Of a stretch of DNA of 64,000 nt, positions 37,379-46,627 are shown piece after piece. The stretch comes from Candidatus Bathyarchaeota archaeon (lineage in GTDB: Archaea > Thermoproteota > Bathyarchaeia > Bathyarchaeales > DTEX01). The number at the start of each line of letters is the position of its first letter. Within the stretch, counting starts at the first letter, position 1. The translations under genes and the position numbers were made by a program. Location: contig JANXEA010000011.1 in the NCBI GenBank assembly GCA_025059045.1, positions 11,438-75,437 of the forward strand. Direction: 5' to 3'. Under the pieces are notes generated by a model, which worked only from the letters and a program-made list of their open reading frames with translations, was not told where the DNA came from and ran no database searches.

Positions 37379-37690
37379 CTAAACCATTCTCGGAGATTTG
37401 AAGAAACGATTCTCTTTTCTGGGGGCATTTCTTAAGGGCTCATCGTTTGTGAGAGTGTTTCCAGGCTCATCTTTGCGATAAACATTCTTAAGATCAATTA
37501 TATGGTATGTTGGCGGAATACCTCTAGTTTCCGCTTCATCAATAATTCTGAAGTATTCTAAGATTTTGTTGAACTGTTCGGTGAAGATCTCCTTTTCCAC
37601 CTCGGTAAGGTGTATGCGCGCAAGCCAGGATATATGTTCAACCTCCTCTTTCGTGATGCGATTCTTGCCTTTAAAGGCCATGTTCTCCAC
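37379..37690 (-). CDS. gatC: Asp/Glu-tRNA amidotransferase subunit C
   Basis: About 100 aa. The sequence ITKEEVEHISWLARIHLTEVEKEIFTEQFNKILEYFRIIDE ... LRNAP is a typical GatC pattern. It pairs with gatA. Confidence 0.8.
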   Translation of the reverse strand: MENMAFKGKNRITKEEVEHISWLARIHLTEVEKEIFTEQFNKILEYFRIIDEAETRGIPPTYHIIDLKNVYRKDEPGNTLTNDEPLRNAPRKENRFFKSPRMV

Positions 37691-37882
37691 TCTCGAATTT
37701 ATCTAAGGAATATGAAGCGGATTGATTTAATGGTTTTTGCCACAACACCCTAAATGTGAAGATTAATGAATGATACTTATTTGCCGATAGAGCAAGATTA
37801 GCGGAGAAGTGTTTATTCGTAAGATTTTTATTATGCCACTGATTTTCAGTCTGACAAAAAACCGGCCGGGAAAGAGAAGCTA

Positions 37883-38434
37883 ATGGAACTCGCTGAAACA
37901 CTTTTTGTAGCGTTAAGTCTTGCTATGGACTGTTTCTCGGTATCGGTCACTAATGGCTTAGCGACAAAAAGTAATAGGATTTTGAATAGTTTAAAGGTTG
38001 GATTCTCCTTCGGGTTTTTTCAGACTTCTATGCCCTTAATCGGCTGGCTAGGAGGGGTCATGCTGGCCGATTTAATTTCTGAATTAGATCATTGGATAGG
38101 CTTTCTTCTCCTTTCTATTATAGGTTCTAAGATGATCCTTGAAACTCTTAAGGAGGAGGCAGCTGATTCCCTAATACTGTCGTTCCATGTTTTGCTCGTT
38201 TTATCAGTTGCAACAAGCATTGATGCCTTGGTAGTCGGGGTGAGCCTAGCAATTCTAGGGATGCCTATAATGATTGCAGCACCTCTGTTTGGATTAGTGA
38301 CATTTTTCCTATCTTTCATTGGAATGCAGCTTGGGCATAAGCTTGGCGCAATATTTGGGCGTAGAGTCGGGATTATAGGCGGGCTCATACTCATCGGGGT
38401 TGGAATTAAGATACTCTTGGGACATATTGCTTAG
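37883..38434 (+). CDS. mntP: Manganese efflux pump MntP
   Basis: 183 aa, 6 TM. Duplicated motifs LSLAMDCFSVS and ATSIDALVVG. Confidence 0.8.
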   Translation: MELAETLFVALSLAMDCFSVSVTNGLATKSNRILNSLKVGFSFGFFQTSMPLIGWLGGVMLADLISELDHWIGFLLLSIIGSKMILETLKEEAADSLILSFHVLLVLSVATSIDALVVGVSLAILGMPIMIAAPLFGLVTFFLSFIGMQLGHKLGAIFGRRVGIIGGLILIGVGIKILLGHIA

Positions 38435-38442
38435 AGAAGAGA

Positions 38443-39183
38443 TCAGTAAGAACGTTGGCTCAATTCTTCTATAGCTCTAACAACATCAATCAGTCTATGA
38501 ACTTCAAAGTCAAATTCAACCTCGCTCAGGTTCTTTTCTCTTTTAGGATTATACCATATGGCTTTCATTCCAGCTTTCCTTGCGCCGACGATATCTTTAT
38601 GCAGAAGGTCGCCTACATGAACTGCTTCATCTGGTCTAACCTGGAGATTATTAAGGGCTTTGTCAAACATTGCCTTATGGGGTTTGTTGTAGCCAACCTC
38701 GTCAGAGAAGACTGTTACATCTAGAAGTGGCAAGATCCCATGATCCTCTAAAACTTTTCTTAGAATGCTTCCCGGAGTCAAGCCGCTGTCACTTATTATT
38801 CCCAGCCGGTATTTGTTTCTAAGAATCCTCAATACATCTCCCGCGTCCTTCACCAGTGGTGGAGGATTTTTAGCAGCAACCTCTGTTAAATGTTTTTTCA
38901 CCGCCCACTTCAGCTCAGGGCTCAGTTCCAGAGATAAGTTTCTGATGAATAGCTCTATCCTGTCTTCTATAGGTACGAAGCGATGATCCTCTGTTTGATC
39001 TATCATTCGTATGTATTCTTGGACTTTATTGTAAGCCTCTTTTATTACCTCTTCTGTCCTAGGCTGATTGATACATTTAAGCATCTGCTGCAAGTATCTC
39101 GCTCTATCCGGCCAGTAGTCTTTCTCTTCGAGAAGAGTATTCCACAGGTCGAATGTGACCGCTTTTATCAAGACACTTAGCAA
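38443..39183 (-). CDS. HAD-superfamily hydrolase (subfamily IA-like)
   Basis: Motif I VTFDLWNTL, motif II ISDSG, and motif III/IV K...HVGDLLHKD. Confidence 0.8.
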   Translation of the reverse strand: MLSVLIKAVTFDLWNTLLEEKDYWPDRARYLQQMLKCINQPRTEEVIKEAYNKVQEYIRMIDQTEDHRFVPIEDRIELFIRNLSLELSPELKWAVKKHLTEVAAKNPPPLVKDAGDVLRILRNKYRLGIISDSGLTPGSILRKVLEDHGILPLLDVTVFSDEVGYNKPHKAMFDKALNNLQVRPDEAVHVGDLLHKDIVGARKAGMKAIWYNPKREKNLSEVEFDFEVHRLIDVVRAIEELSQRSY

Positions 39184-39188
39184 CCATC

Positions 39189-40733
39189 CTACCTATCAAT
39201 CATAAACGTTTTCTTAGTTACTGGAATCTCTCTTATCTCGTGGATCAGCATATCCCTGCGTTCACCGACGCCAAGGACGTATGAGCCTTCAAGCTCGTCA
39301 ATCGCCCTTTGAAGCTTGACGCTGCTGTTAGCATAAATAGTGAAGAGAGGATCATCTTCACCTACAGCGTCGCCTAGCTTCTTGTGAAGATAGACTCCTG
39401 CACCTTTATCTTTAGGTGCACCTGCTAGCCTAGCTAATTCAACCAGAGAAGCATTGTTTATCCAGAGTACGAATCCTTTCTTATCAGATCTAACCGTAAA
39501 TGTTTTATCTCCAACCTCAATATCTGACGGCATAATCTTCGGATCTCCGCCCTGCGCCTCTATGATCTCTCTAAGTTTTGCCTCAGCCTTTCCCGACTTG
39601 ATCATCTCTAGAGCAATCTCCTTCCCATTGCTTATGCCGCTCATCCCGATCAGAATGCCTGCAATGTTCACCGCCTTGTCTAATAGGTCGGGCACGTAAC
39701 TCTCCCCTATTAATAGGGATAAAGCCTCTCTTGCTTCGAGGGCTGGACCTATTGCGCATCCTACAGGTTGCTCTCCATAGGTTACAGCACATTGAACTTT
39801 GATTCCTAGGCGCCTTCCAAGTTCAATAAAATCTTTCGCCAGAAGATCCGCATCGCCTATAGTCTTTACTTTTGTCCCTCTTCCCGTTGGAATATCAACG
39901 ACAAGCATTTTGGCGCCAACCGCCTTCTTCTTACTCATTATCGATGGCAGAAGAAGCGGGTCTATGGAAAGCGGATGTTCAACCCTTATGAATATGTCGT
40001 CCGCGGGCGCCATGTCAAGTGCCCCTCCCCAAACGATACATCCATCAGTCCTCTCTACAACTTTCTCCATTTCGCTCTTAGACAATTGGACTGGCATGAG
40101 TATCTCCGCCCTGTCTGCCGTCCCTGCCGCCGATGTTATGGCTCGTGAAGAAGATTTTGGTATAGTCAAACCAGCGGCCGCGACGATTGGAACGACTAGC
40201 AGCGTCGTCTTGTCTCCAGGCACACCGCCAATAGAATGCTTGTCAACAATCAATTGTTTGTTTATTTTGAGAACGTTTCCCGTCTCCACCATCGCCATTG
40301 AAAGGCTCGTTGCTTCATCTAGGTCTAATCCATAGATGTGGAGGGATGTAACAAAAGAAGCAATCTCGATCTCGCTTAGATTCCCCTTGACTACGTCATT
40401 AACTATTTCGAGAATCTCTTCATAGGTAAGTTTCCTCCGTGCCAACTTATTCCTTATAAAGTATACAGATGCCGGTGGTGGCGAAACCTGAACTTCAACC
40501 TCATCGCCATCGCTTAGATTAAGGGCTTCTTTAACTTCCCTGTAAACTCCCAAAGTCCCCTTCTCGATAAGCATATCAGTAATGTTCACTATCGCTGTTA
40601 TCTCCCTCGAATCTTTTCTTACCCTAATTCTTTCTAAACTTGTTACGACGAGGTCGTCAGCGTCTTCTCGATTGAGGACAACAACCTTTTTCCCGCCAGC
40701 TTCTAATCCAAGAAACTTAGACTTAAGATTCAT
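39189..40733 (-). CDS. deoA: AMP phosphorylase (archaeal DeoA-like, thymidine phosphorylase family with N-terminal extension)
   Basis: 514 aa. The N-terminal LGLEAGGKKVVVLNREDADDL segment is typical of AMP phosphorylases. Core motifs DKHSIGGVPGDKTT and SSRAITSAAGTAD. Confidence 0.8.
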   Translation of the reverse strand: MNLKSKFLGLEAGGKKVVVLNREDADDLVVTSLERIRVRKDSREITAIVNITDMLIEKGTLGVYREVKEALNLSDGDEVEVQVSPPPASVYFIRNKLARRKLTYEEILEIVNDVVKGNLSEIEIASFVTSLHIYGLDLDEATSLSMAMVETGNVLKINKQLIVDKHSIGGVPGDKTTLLVVPIVAAAGLTIPKSSSRAITSAAGTADRAEILMPVQLSKSEMEKVVERTDGCIVWGGALDMAPADDIFIRVEHPLSIDPLLLPSIMSKKKAVGAKMLVVDIPTGRGTKVKTIGDADLLAKDFIELGRRLGIKVQCAVTYGEQPVGCAIGPALEAREALSLLIGESYVPDLLDKAVNIAGILIGMSGISNGKEIALEMIKSGKAEAKLREIIEAQGGDPKIMPSDIEVGDKTFTVRSDKKGFVLWINNASLVELARLAGAPKDKGAGVYLHKKLGDAVGEDDPLFTIYANSSVKLQRAIDELEGSYVLGVGERRDMLIHEIREIPVTKKTFMIDR

Positions 40734-40910
40734 TCAAATTTCGCCCCATAATTCTTCTCTGCGCTGAAGCCTAAAACCTGCATGATATTTTCAAATGAAA
40801 GATAAAAAGCATTCGTAGACTCGCAAACCGCTTGCTAAAGTATAAATGCGATGAGCTGTTGATGCGGAAAAGTAATATACTCTGACGCTACGATTTTAAT
40901 TTGATGTGGA

Positions 40911-41441
40911 ATGTCTGAGAAAGAGCATATATGGATCTCAAGGGATTATGCAAGATGCAGTGGCTGTAGAAGATGCGAGATTGTCTGCTCGCTAAGCCAT
41001 GAAGGAAAGATCTGGCCCGAGGCATCAAGGATCAGAGTCTTCATGCTTGTACCTAGCGTTGAAGTTCCGCACCTATGTGCCCAATGTAATGATTATCCAT
41101 GTGTAGCAGCATGTCCTACAAACGCTCTTTCCGTTAATATGGAGACAGAGGCTGTCATAGTAAATAAAGAGAGATGCGTGGCATGCGGAAAATGTATAGA
41201 GGCTTGCCCGGGAAAAGTTCCGTTCATCCACCCCAAAGAGAATTATGCGGTGATCTGCGACCTATGTGGAGGAGATCCGAAGTGCGTTCAGGTTTGCAGG
41301 GAGGGGGGATGGGGCGCATTAGATATAATGAGGAAAGATGATAGTCTATCATTCAAGTTGTATGCGAAAAGGCCTGAGGAGATTACACGAAATCTTCTCA
41401 TTAAGCTTTATGGGGAGAGTTTGGCTGAGAAGATTTTTTAG
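40911..41441 (+). CDS. 4Fe-4S dicluster ferredoxin-domain protein
   Basis: Several CxxCxxCxxxC-type motifs: CSGCRRCEIVC, CAQCNDYPCVAACP, CVACGKCIEACP and CDLCGG.PKCVQVC. Confidence 0.8.
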   Translation: MSEKEHIWISRDYARCSGCRRCEIVCSLSHEGKIWPEASRIRVFMLVPSVEVPHLCAQCNDYPCVAACPTNALSVNMETEAVIVNKERCVACGKCIEACPGKVPFIHPKENYAVICDLCGGDPKCVQVCREGGWGALDIMRKDDSLSFKLYAKRPEEITRNLLIKLYGESLAEKIF

Positions 41442-41508
41442 ATTGTACTGACAGAAAACTTTACATAAAAAAGGGGATAGTTCTCATCCAAGTAATGAGA
41501 ATGTGCTG

Positions 41509-42549
41509 TCAGCGTTTCTTTTGTTCACTAATTTCTAAGACTTCCTTATTTACTAAATTTGGCGGGACCCTTCCCTCAAGTATTGCTGCCATGTTCTCGG
41601 CAGCCATGATCGCCATCTTGGTTCTGGTTTCTATACTGGCACTTGCTATATGCGGCGCTGCTGTTACATTATCAAGCTGCAAAAGAGGATTATTTGGGCT
41701 TGTAGGCTCTTCCTCCCAAACATCTAGTCCGGCACCCCATATCCAGCCTTCTTTCAGCGCTTTATATAGCGCTTTCTCGTCAACAACTGGTCCACGTGAA
41801 GTGTTGATTAGGCATGCTGTCTTCTTCATTAATTTAAGTGTTTTCTCATTGATGAGATGATAGGTCTGTGGCATTAGCGGAACATGGACCGAAACGAAGT
41901 CGGACATTTTCAAGAGTGTTTCTAAGTCTGTGAATTCGGCTCCTATCTCCTTCTCTGCCTGCTCATTTCTAACGACATCATAATAGAGGATCTTCATATT
42001 CATACCCTTTGCTCTTCTCGCCATCGCCTGGCCAATCCGCCCCATGCCTATTATGCCAATGGTCTTTCCCCACACATCTTGGCCTGTCATCATCATAAGG
42101 TCCCATTGAACCTTCCATTTTCCAGTTCTTACATATCTGTCTGCTTCTGCAACCCTTCTGGCTACCGCCATCAATAATGCGAAGGCGAAGTCCGCAGTGG
42201 TCTCGGTTAAAACTCCAGGCGTGTTCGTTACGTATATTCCCTTCTTGGTTGCGGCCTCTACGTCAATGTTATCATATCCGACGGCGATTTGGCTAATGCC
42301 GCGGAAGCTGGGTCCCGCAGCGTCAATAACCTCCTTGTCTATACGTTCTGTCAAAAGGCAGATTAGGCCATCTACTTGTTTCACCTTCTCGATTATGAGA
42401 CTTTTCGGCGGGCGTGTCTCCTCTGTCCAGCATTCCACATCGAATTTAGGTCGAAGTATCTGTAGCGCTGCCTCCGGAATTCTTGTTGTTACATAAATCT
42501 TTTTTCTATTCAATTCATTCACCTCAAACGCTGTGGAAAAGTTGTTCAT
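41509..42549 (-). CDS. D-isomer-specific 2-hydroxyacid dehydrogenase (glyoxylate/hydroxypyruvate reductase-like)
   Basis: NAD-binding motif GIIGMGRIGQAMARR. Catalytic region INTSRGPVVDE ... APHIASA. Confidence 0.85.
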   Translation of the reverse strand: MNNFSTAFEVNELNRKKIYVTTRIPEAALQILRPKFDVECWTEETRPPKSLIIEKVKQVDGLICLLTERIDKEVIDAAGPSFRGISQIAVGYDNIDVEAATKKGIYVTNTPGVLTETTADFAFALLMAVARRVAEADRYVRTGKWKVQWDLMMMTGQDVWGKTIGIIGMGRIGQAMARRAKGMNMKILYYDVVRNEQAEKEIGAEFTDLETLLKMSDFVSVHVPLMPQTYHLINEKTLKLMKKTACLINTSRGPVVDEKALYKALKEGWIWGAGLDVWEEEPTSPNNPLLQLDNVTAAPHIASASIETRTKMAIMAAENMAAILEGRVPPNLVNKEVLEISEQKKR

Positions 42550-42558
42550 TATCCTTTT

Positions 42559-43494
42559 TTAGATTTTCGACCAAGCTTCTGCAAACATCCTTTTTGAACC
42601 TGCAATTATAGCCTCTGAGGATTCTCCTGATGACGGTTTCACCTCGAAGCTTATTACTGGCCGCTTGGTTACGGCTTTCTTGTCGAAGTACCCTATTTCC
42701 TTAAGAATCTTTAGGAATTCGATCAATTCTTTAACCGAGTTTTCTCCACCCTTAATTCCCAATCGTGGATGCTGATCGCCATACTGCGGATGATTCTTAT
42801 CCTTCAAAATGCAGTTTCCGACATGAACATGCTCTAGGTATTTTGCTGCAGCAGTCAGTGATTGCTTTGGGGTCTCATGAAGTAATGGAAGATGGCTTAG
42901 ATCAACTGTCAAGCCGATGTTCTCATACTCCTCCCTTACAGACTTGACAACATCCGCTGCTTCGGCGGTCGGACCAACTAGAAGCTTCTTGTCATAATCT
43001 CTGTCGAAGTTCTCAAGTGATATCATCAAAATGTAGTCCTTTGCATTTTCTCTTGCATATTCACAGATTTTCTTCAAAGAATCCTGGAGAAGATTTCTGG
43101 CTTCACTACGTTTTCTGGCTTCAACGTCAGGTCCGCTTGCTATGGCCATAATCTTTGCGCCAAGCATATAAGCTTCGTCAACTAGACTCTTTACGCCTTC
43201 GATTGCCTTCATTCTTGTCTTCTCATCGAAAGAGTTCAGATCGAGTTTCTGCATTAAGATTGGCGGCCCTGCGCAGTAAACTACATCCATATAGGCTGAA
43301 TCTAAAATACTTGCAACCTTAGTTCGGATCTCTATATCCTTTATCCATGAAACCTCTATCGCTCCAAAAGAATCGTCAGCAACAATCTTGCTGAGAGTTT
43401 CAAGGATCGGACCTTCTCCACGTAATGTCTCGGGATAGATCATCGGATGAACTATTCCTAAACTCACTACCTCACTCCAAGACTTTCTCATCAA
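42559..43494 (-). CDS. Sugar phosphate isomerase/epimerase (xylose-isomerase-like TIM barrel)
   Basis: 311 aa. The pattern of alternating beta/alpha segments with LENF, VDLSHL and HVGN motifs is typical of the AP_endonuc_2 / XI-like family. Located 10 nt upstream of the dehydrogenase gene. Confidence 0.65.
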   Translation of the reverse strand: MMRKSWSEVVSLGIVHPMIYPETLRGEGPILETLSKIVADDSFGAIEVSWIKDIEIRTKVASILDSAYMDVVYCAGPPILMQKLDLNSFDEKTRMKAIEGVKSLVDEAYMLGAKIMAIASGPDVEARKRSEARNLLQDSLKKICEYARENAKDYILMISLENFDRDYDKKLLVGPTAEAADVVKSVREEYENIGLTVDLSHLPLLHETPKQSLTAAAKYLEHVHVGNCILKDKNHPQYGDQHPRLGIKGGENSVKELIEFLKILKEIGYFDKKAVTKRPVISFEVKPSSGESSEAIIAGSKRMFAEAWSKI

Positions 43495-43654
43495 ACCTTC
43501 CCTCGCATCATTCAGAGTGAAAATTATTTTCTGTTGGAGAAAATATTAATCTTACCTATCCTAAACATTTCCACTAAATTTACTAAATTAGATAAGGTGA
43601 AAACATAGATAGTATTCACGATGGAACATTTTTACCCATTTTCAGGTACTAAAT

Positions 43655-43680
43655 GTAACATAAATTTAAATATATGTTAC
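43655..43680. promoter_or_regulatory. 26-nt near-perfect palindrome in the promoter region of the DUF3795 gene; candidate operator
   Basis: In the sequence gtaacataAAtttaaatATatgttac, the outer 8 bp arms (gtaacata/tatgttac) and the central tttaaa are self-complementary. It ends 25 nt before the ATG at 43706 and overlaps the only TATA-like stretch. Confidence 0.35.
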
Positions 43681-43705
43681 AAATTGCATTATAATTAGAG
43701 ACACT

Positions 43706-43981
43706 ATGACCATTTATGCGATTAGAAGGAAGAATACTTCAGCAAAGTCTAAGAGTAGACCGAAGTTAATTAGCGCGTGCGGACTAGATTGTGAGTCATG
43801 TCCCTACCATCTACTAGACAACGTTGAAGATTGGTGTCCGGGTTGCTGGGAGATTGAGCAGTGTTCGATAAGAGATTGCGCTGAGAGAAGGAATATTAGC
43901 GTATGCTCTGACTGCAACCTATACCCATGCACAAACATTATGCGTGGTTCTCGTTCTATGATCGAACGAGTAGCCCTATAA
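43706..43981 (+). CDS. Cys-rich DUF3795-like protein
   Basis: 91 aa with CGLDCESCPY, CPGCW, CSIRDC and CSDCNLYPC spacing, as remembered for DUF3795. Confidence 0.55.
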   Translation: MTIYAIRRKNTSAKSKSRPKLISACGLDCESCPYHLLDNVEDWCPGCWEIEQCSIRDCAERRNISVCSDCNLYPCTNIMRGSRSMIERVAL

Positions 43982-44037
43982 CACTGGTGAAATTAAAGGC
44001 TTAGCCTTTTATATAACTAGTCGACATTGAGTTATGA

Positions 44038-44505
44038 GTGAAATTCATGAGGCAAACGTTAGATGATCTCGACCATAAGATAATACGTCAAATCACAAGC
44101 GGCGTCCATTCTTATGATGAACTTGCAAGATCATGTAATGTTGGAAGGAATACCATATATCGGCGGATAGAGAGGCTTGAGAAGCAGGGATTAATAACTA
44201 AAAGGATAACAGCTTTTCCGAATTTTGAGAAACTGGGATTGTCGGCTGTGATCTTGGGCATAAACGTGAATACGGAAGACCTCGATAAGATGATCTCTTT
44301 CCTTAAGAGGCAGAGTCAGGTGAAGTTTCTCTGGAAGACTTATGGTACTCATGACATTATCGTTGCCATAATTTGTGATAAGGGAGACGTGGGTGAATGC
44401 ATTTACAATCTCCGAAATGCGCTTGAAAAAATGGGAATAAGGGTGCAGGGCTTAGACGTTTCCACAAGCATATCTTGGGAGAAGATCGACCTTACACCCT
44501 ATTAA
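44038..44505 (+). CDS. Lrp/AsnC-family transcriptional regulator (HTH + RAM)
   Basis: GTG start. N-terminal LDDLDHKIIRQITSGVHSYDELARSCNVGRNTIYRRIERLEKQGLI, plus a C-terminal RAM domain. Confidence 0.8.
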   Translation: MKFMRQTLDDLDHKIIRQITSGVHSYDELARSCNVGRNTIYRRIERLEKQGLITKRITAFPNFEKLGLSAVILGINVNTEDLDKMISFLKRQSQVKFLWKTYGTHDIIVAIICDKGDVGECIYNLRNALEKMGIRVQGLDVSTSISWEKIDLTPY

Positions 44506-44686
44506 GAAGTATAATCTGCGCGATTTAGTGGCTTACAGTGGGGAAATGGTCCGCGCACTTTTTAGATTGGTCTGTACCACAGTGCCGGCATTTGCTTCTC
44601 CTTTGATTTAAGGATCCTCTACTAGACTCGATTCCACTATGCAATATTAGGGGGCTCACATTAGCCTAGCTCACTGGTATGAGTGT

Positions 44687-45568
44687 TTATGCTTTAACAA
44701 TTTTGAGGATCGAATCCGGTTTTATTCTTAATTCATTGATCTTCATTTCTTCGGCTGTTAGACCCATGGCAAGTCCTAGTAGTTGTGTATAGTGAAGGAT
44801 GGTGATGCCGATTTTAACGTTGAAAGTCCTCTCTATGCGAGGTTGATTCAAATCATACATCATGTAGCAGAATGGGCATATTGTTACAAGCGCGTCCGCG
44901 CCTACAGCTTTAATGTTCATAAGCTTCTCCTTCGCCATGCTGAGGGGGATCTCCTCGTTAACACCAATTATTGGGTTGCCACAACAGTCAGTCTCTCCCG
45001 GATACTTAACGCATTCGGCGCCCGTAGCCTCTATGAGGTCTTTTAGGATGAACATGTTGTCCGGGTTGTCTCTCCCGATGTACTCAGCAGGTCTAAAGGC
45101 ATGGCATCCTAAATGCTGCGCTACCTTTAATCCTTTAAGAGGCTTTACAATGGCTTCCCTTATCTTATCTAATTTAACGTCCTCTGTAAGGACGTGGATC
45201 AAATGTTTGACCTGTGTCGTTCCTTTGAATTCCATCCCCACATGTCGAAGATAATTGTTGATCCTTTCTCGCAGTTCCTTGTCTCTCTTTAGTAGAATGT
45301 TTGCCTTGTTAAGCGTACCAAAGCATCCATTGCAGAGGGTCATGATGCTGAGCCCAAGTCTTTCGGCGATGCAAAGGTTCCTAGCCGCCAATGTGAACAT
45401 AAGTTCATGATTTACTGGGTCTGCTGGGAAGCCGCAGCAGTTAAAATCCGGCATCTCCTCAATTTTAACTTCCAGCCTCTCTAGAACCCTCCTTGCTGAG
45501 ATCTCATAGCTGGGCAGCCTGTATGGAATAACGCACCCAAGAAAAAGGAGATATTTCTGTACGGTCAT
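44687..45568 (-). CDS. hdrB: Heterodisulfide reductase subunit B-like protein (two CCG domains)
   Basis: 293 aa. CCG-domain cysteines: LGCVIPY...NCCGFPA...CNGC and LGCHAF...DCCGNPI...CPFC. Confidence 0.75.
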   Translation of the reverse strand: MTVQKYLLFLGCVIPYRLPSYEISARRVLERLEVKIEEMPDFNCCGFPADPVNHELMFTLAARNLCIAERLGLSIMTLCNGCFGTLNKANILLKRDKELRERINNYLRHVGMEFKGTTQVKHLIHVLTEDVKLDKIREAIVKPLKGLKVAQHLGCHAFRPAEYIGRDNPDNMFILKDLIEATGAECVKYPGETDCCGNPIIGVNEEIPLSMAKEKLMNIKAVGADALVTICPFCYMMYDLNQPRIERTFNVKIGITILHYTQLLGLAMGLTAEEMKINELRIKPDSILKIVKA

Positions 45569-46101
45569 TCAATCTTAACCTTCTCAAACACTTCAACGTC
45601 CTCCAGGATGGCAGCCATGCCTGTAGCATTAAAGATTTTGATTATATCATCTATGTTTGCTTTTGGCAAAGGCGGCAGCCCATCCTCACTCCTCTTCTTC
45701 ACTCTTGATTCCGGGATAATGTAGACGTAGCCCGTCTTCATAAGATTGGATAGTAGCGCCTTATACACGGATGGAATAACCCTCTTCTCTTTCACCATGA
45801 GGTTCGTCAATGCCATGACTATGCTTGCCACTTCAACCTTCTGTGGGCATTGATCAACACAATTGAAACATTTGGAACAGAGCCACAGATGAGTGTTTGA
45901 GAGCAGCTTATCTCTCAGCCCAAACTGTACCATTCTAACTATTCTACGAGGTTTGTATAGGTCGCTGAATCTTGCGATCGGGCAGTCTGCTGTGCAAGTT
46001 CCGCATTGGAAACAGAGCATAATCCGCTCTGCTCCGCTTAACCCGCATACCTCGTATTTGAATTTCGGGTCAATCGTCATGGCGCTTTCAGCTTTCTCCA
46101 T
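45565..46101 (-). CDS. hdrC: Heterodisulfide reductase subunit C-like 4Fe-4S protein
   Basis: Two ferredoxin motifs, CFQCGTCTADCP and CSKCFNCVDQCP. 4-nt overlap with hdrB. The start is trimmed from TTG 46110 to ATG 46101. Confidence 0.75.
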   Translation of the reverse strand: MEKAESAMTIDPKFKYEVCGLSGAERIMLCFQCGTCTADCPIARFSDLYKPRRIVRMVQFGLRDKLLSNTHLWLCSKCFNCVDQCPQKVEVASIVMALTNLMVKEKRVIPSVYKALLSNLMKTGYVYIIPESRVKKRSEDGLPPLPKANIDDIIKIFNATGMAAILEDVEVFEKVKIE

Positions 46102-46627
46102 CAATAGCAATCCTCACTTTCGTTACTCATTGAAGGACTTGCACCAATCTTGTTTAGATCTTCAGCCATTTCTTTAATAAGGCTTGCTGATTTGCCTCCT
46201 TTAGCGATTGAGGCACATCCATATACCCGCATGAAGATAAGAGGAGATGTTTTCCACTAAAATTGATCCGCGAATAGAAAGATAAGAGTTCAACCAGAAA
46301 GAGGCTTGGCCCCGAGTCTTACCGGGTTTTTTAATATCTTGTGAGAAAGCATCATATGTAAATAGCCGAGGCATAAAACCTAGAGTAAAATAGGCAGGTT
46401 TCCACTATTATATTCTATGTCCTCTTTAGACGAGGAAATTTGTTTCACAATATAGTTTTATCCGAACCAAATAATGTATATATTTCATGTGCACAAGACA
46501 AAACATTTTCCTATCGTCGTATACCCTGAACTTGTCTCCCTGTTTTCCCAATTTTTCTCTAGATTCTAGCTTCTCTATTTCCCTTTTCATAATCCATAAT
46601 GAAAAAATGGGGTCAAGATTGTACAGA

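Noticed and set aside
39799-40335. Long antisense ORFs inside confident genes (for example 39799..40335, 41495..41860, 50261..50698, 11590..11946, 57756..58130, 60587..60943)
   Set aside because: Each is fully contained in, and antisense to, a gene with clear family motifs. The translations are Ser/Pro/Leu-rich shadows.
40848-40888. GCGATGA ... CTGA pair upstream of the ferredoxin gene as a C/D-box sRNA
   Set aside because: There are only about 36 nt between the boxes, there is no complementary terminal stem (c/c mismatch next to the boxes), and it lies in a divergent promoter region.
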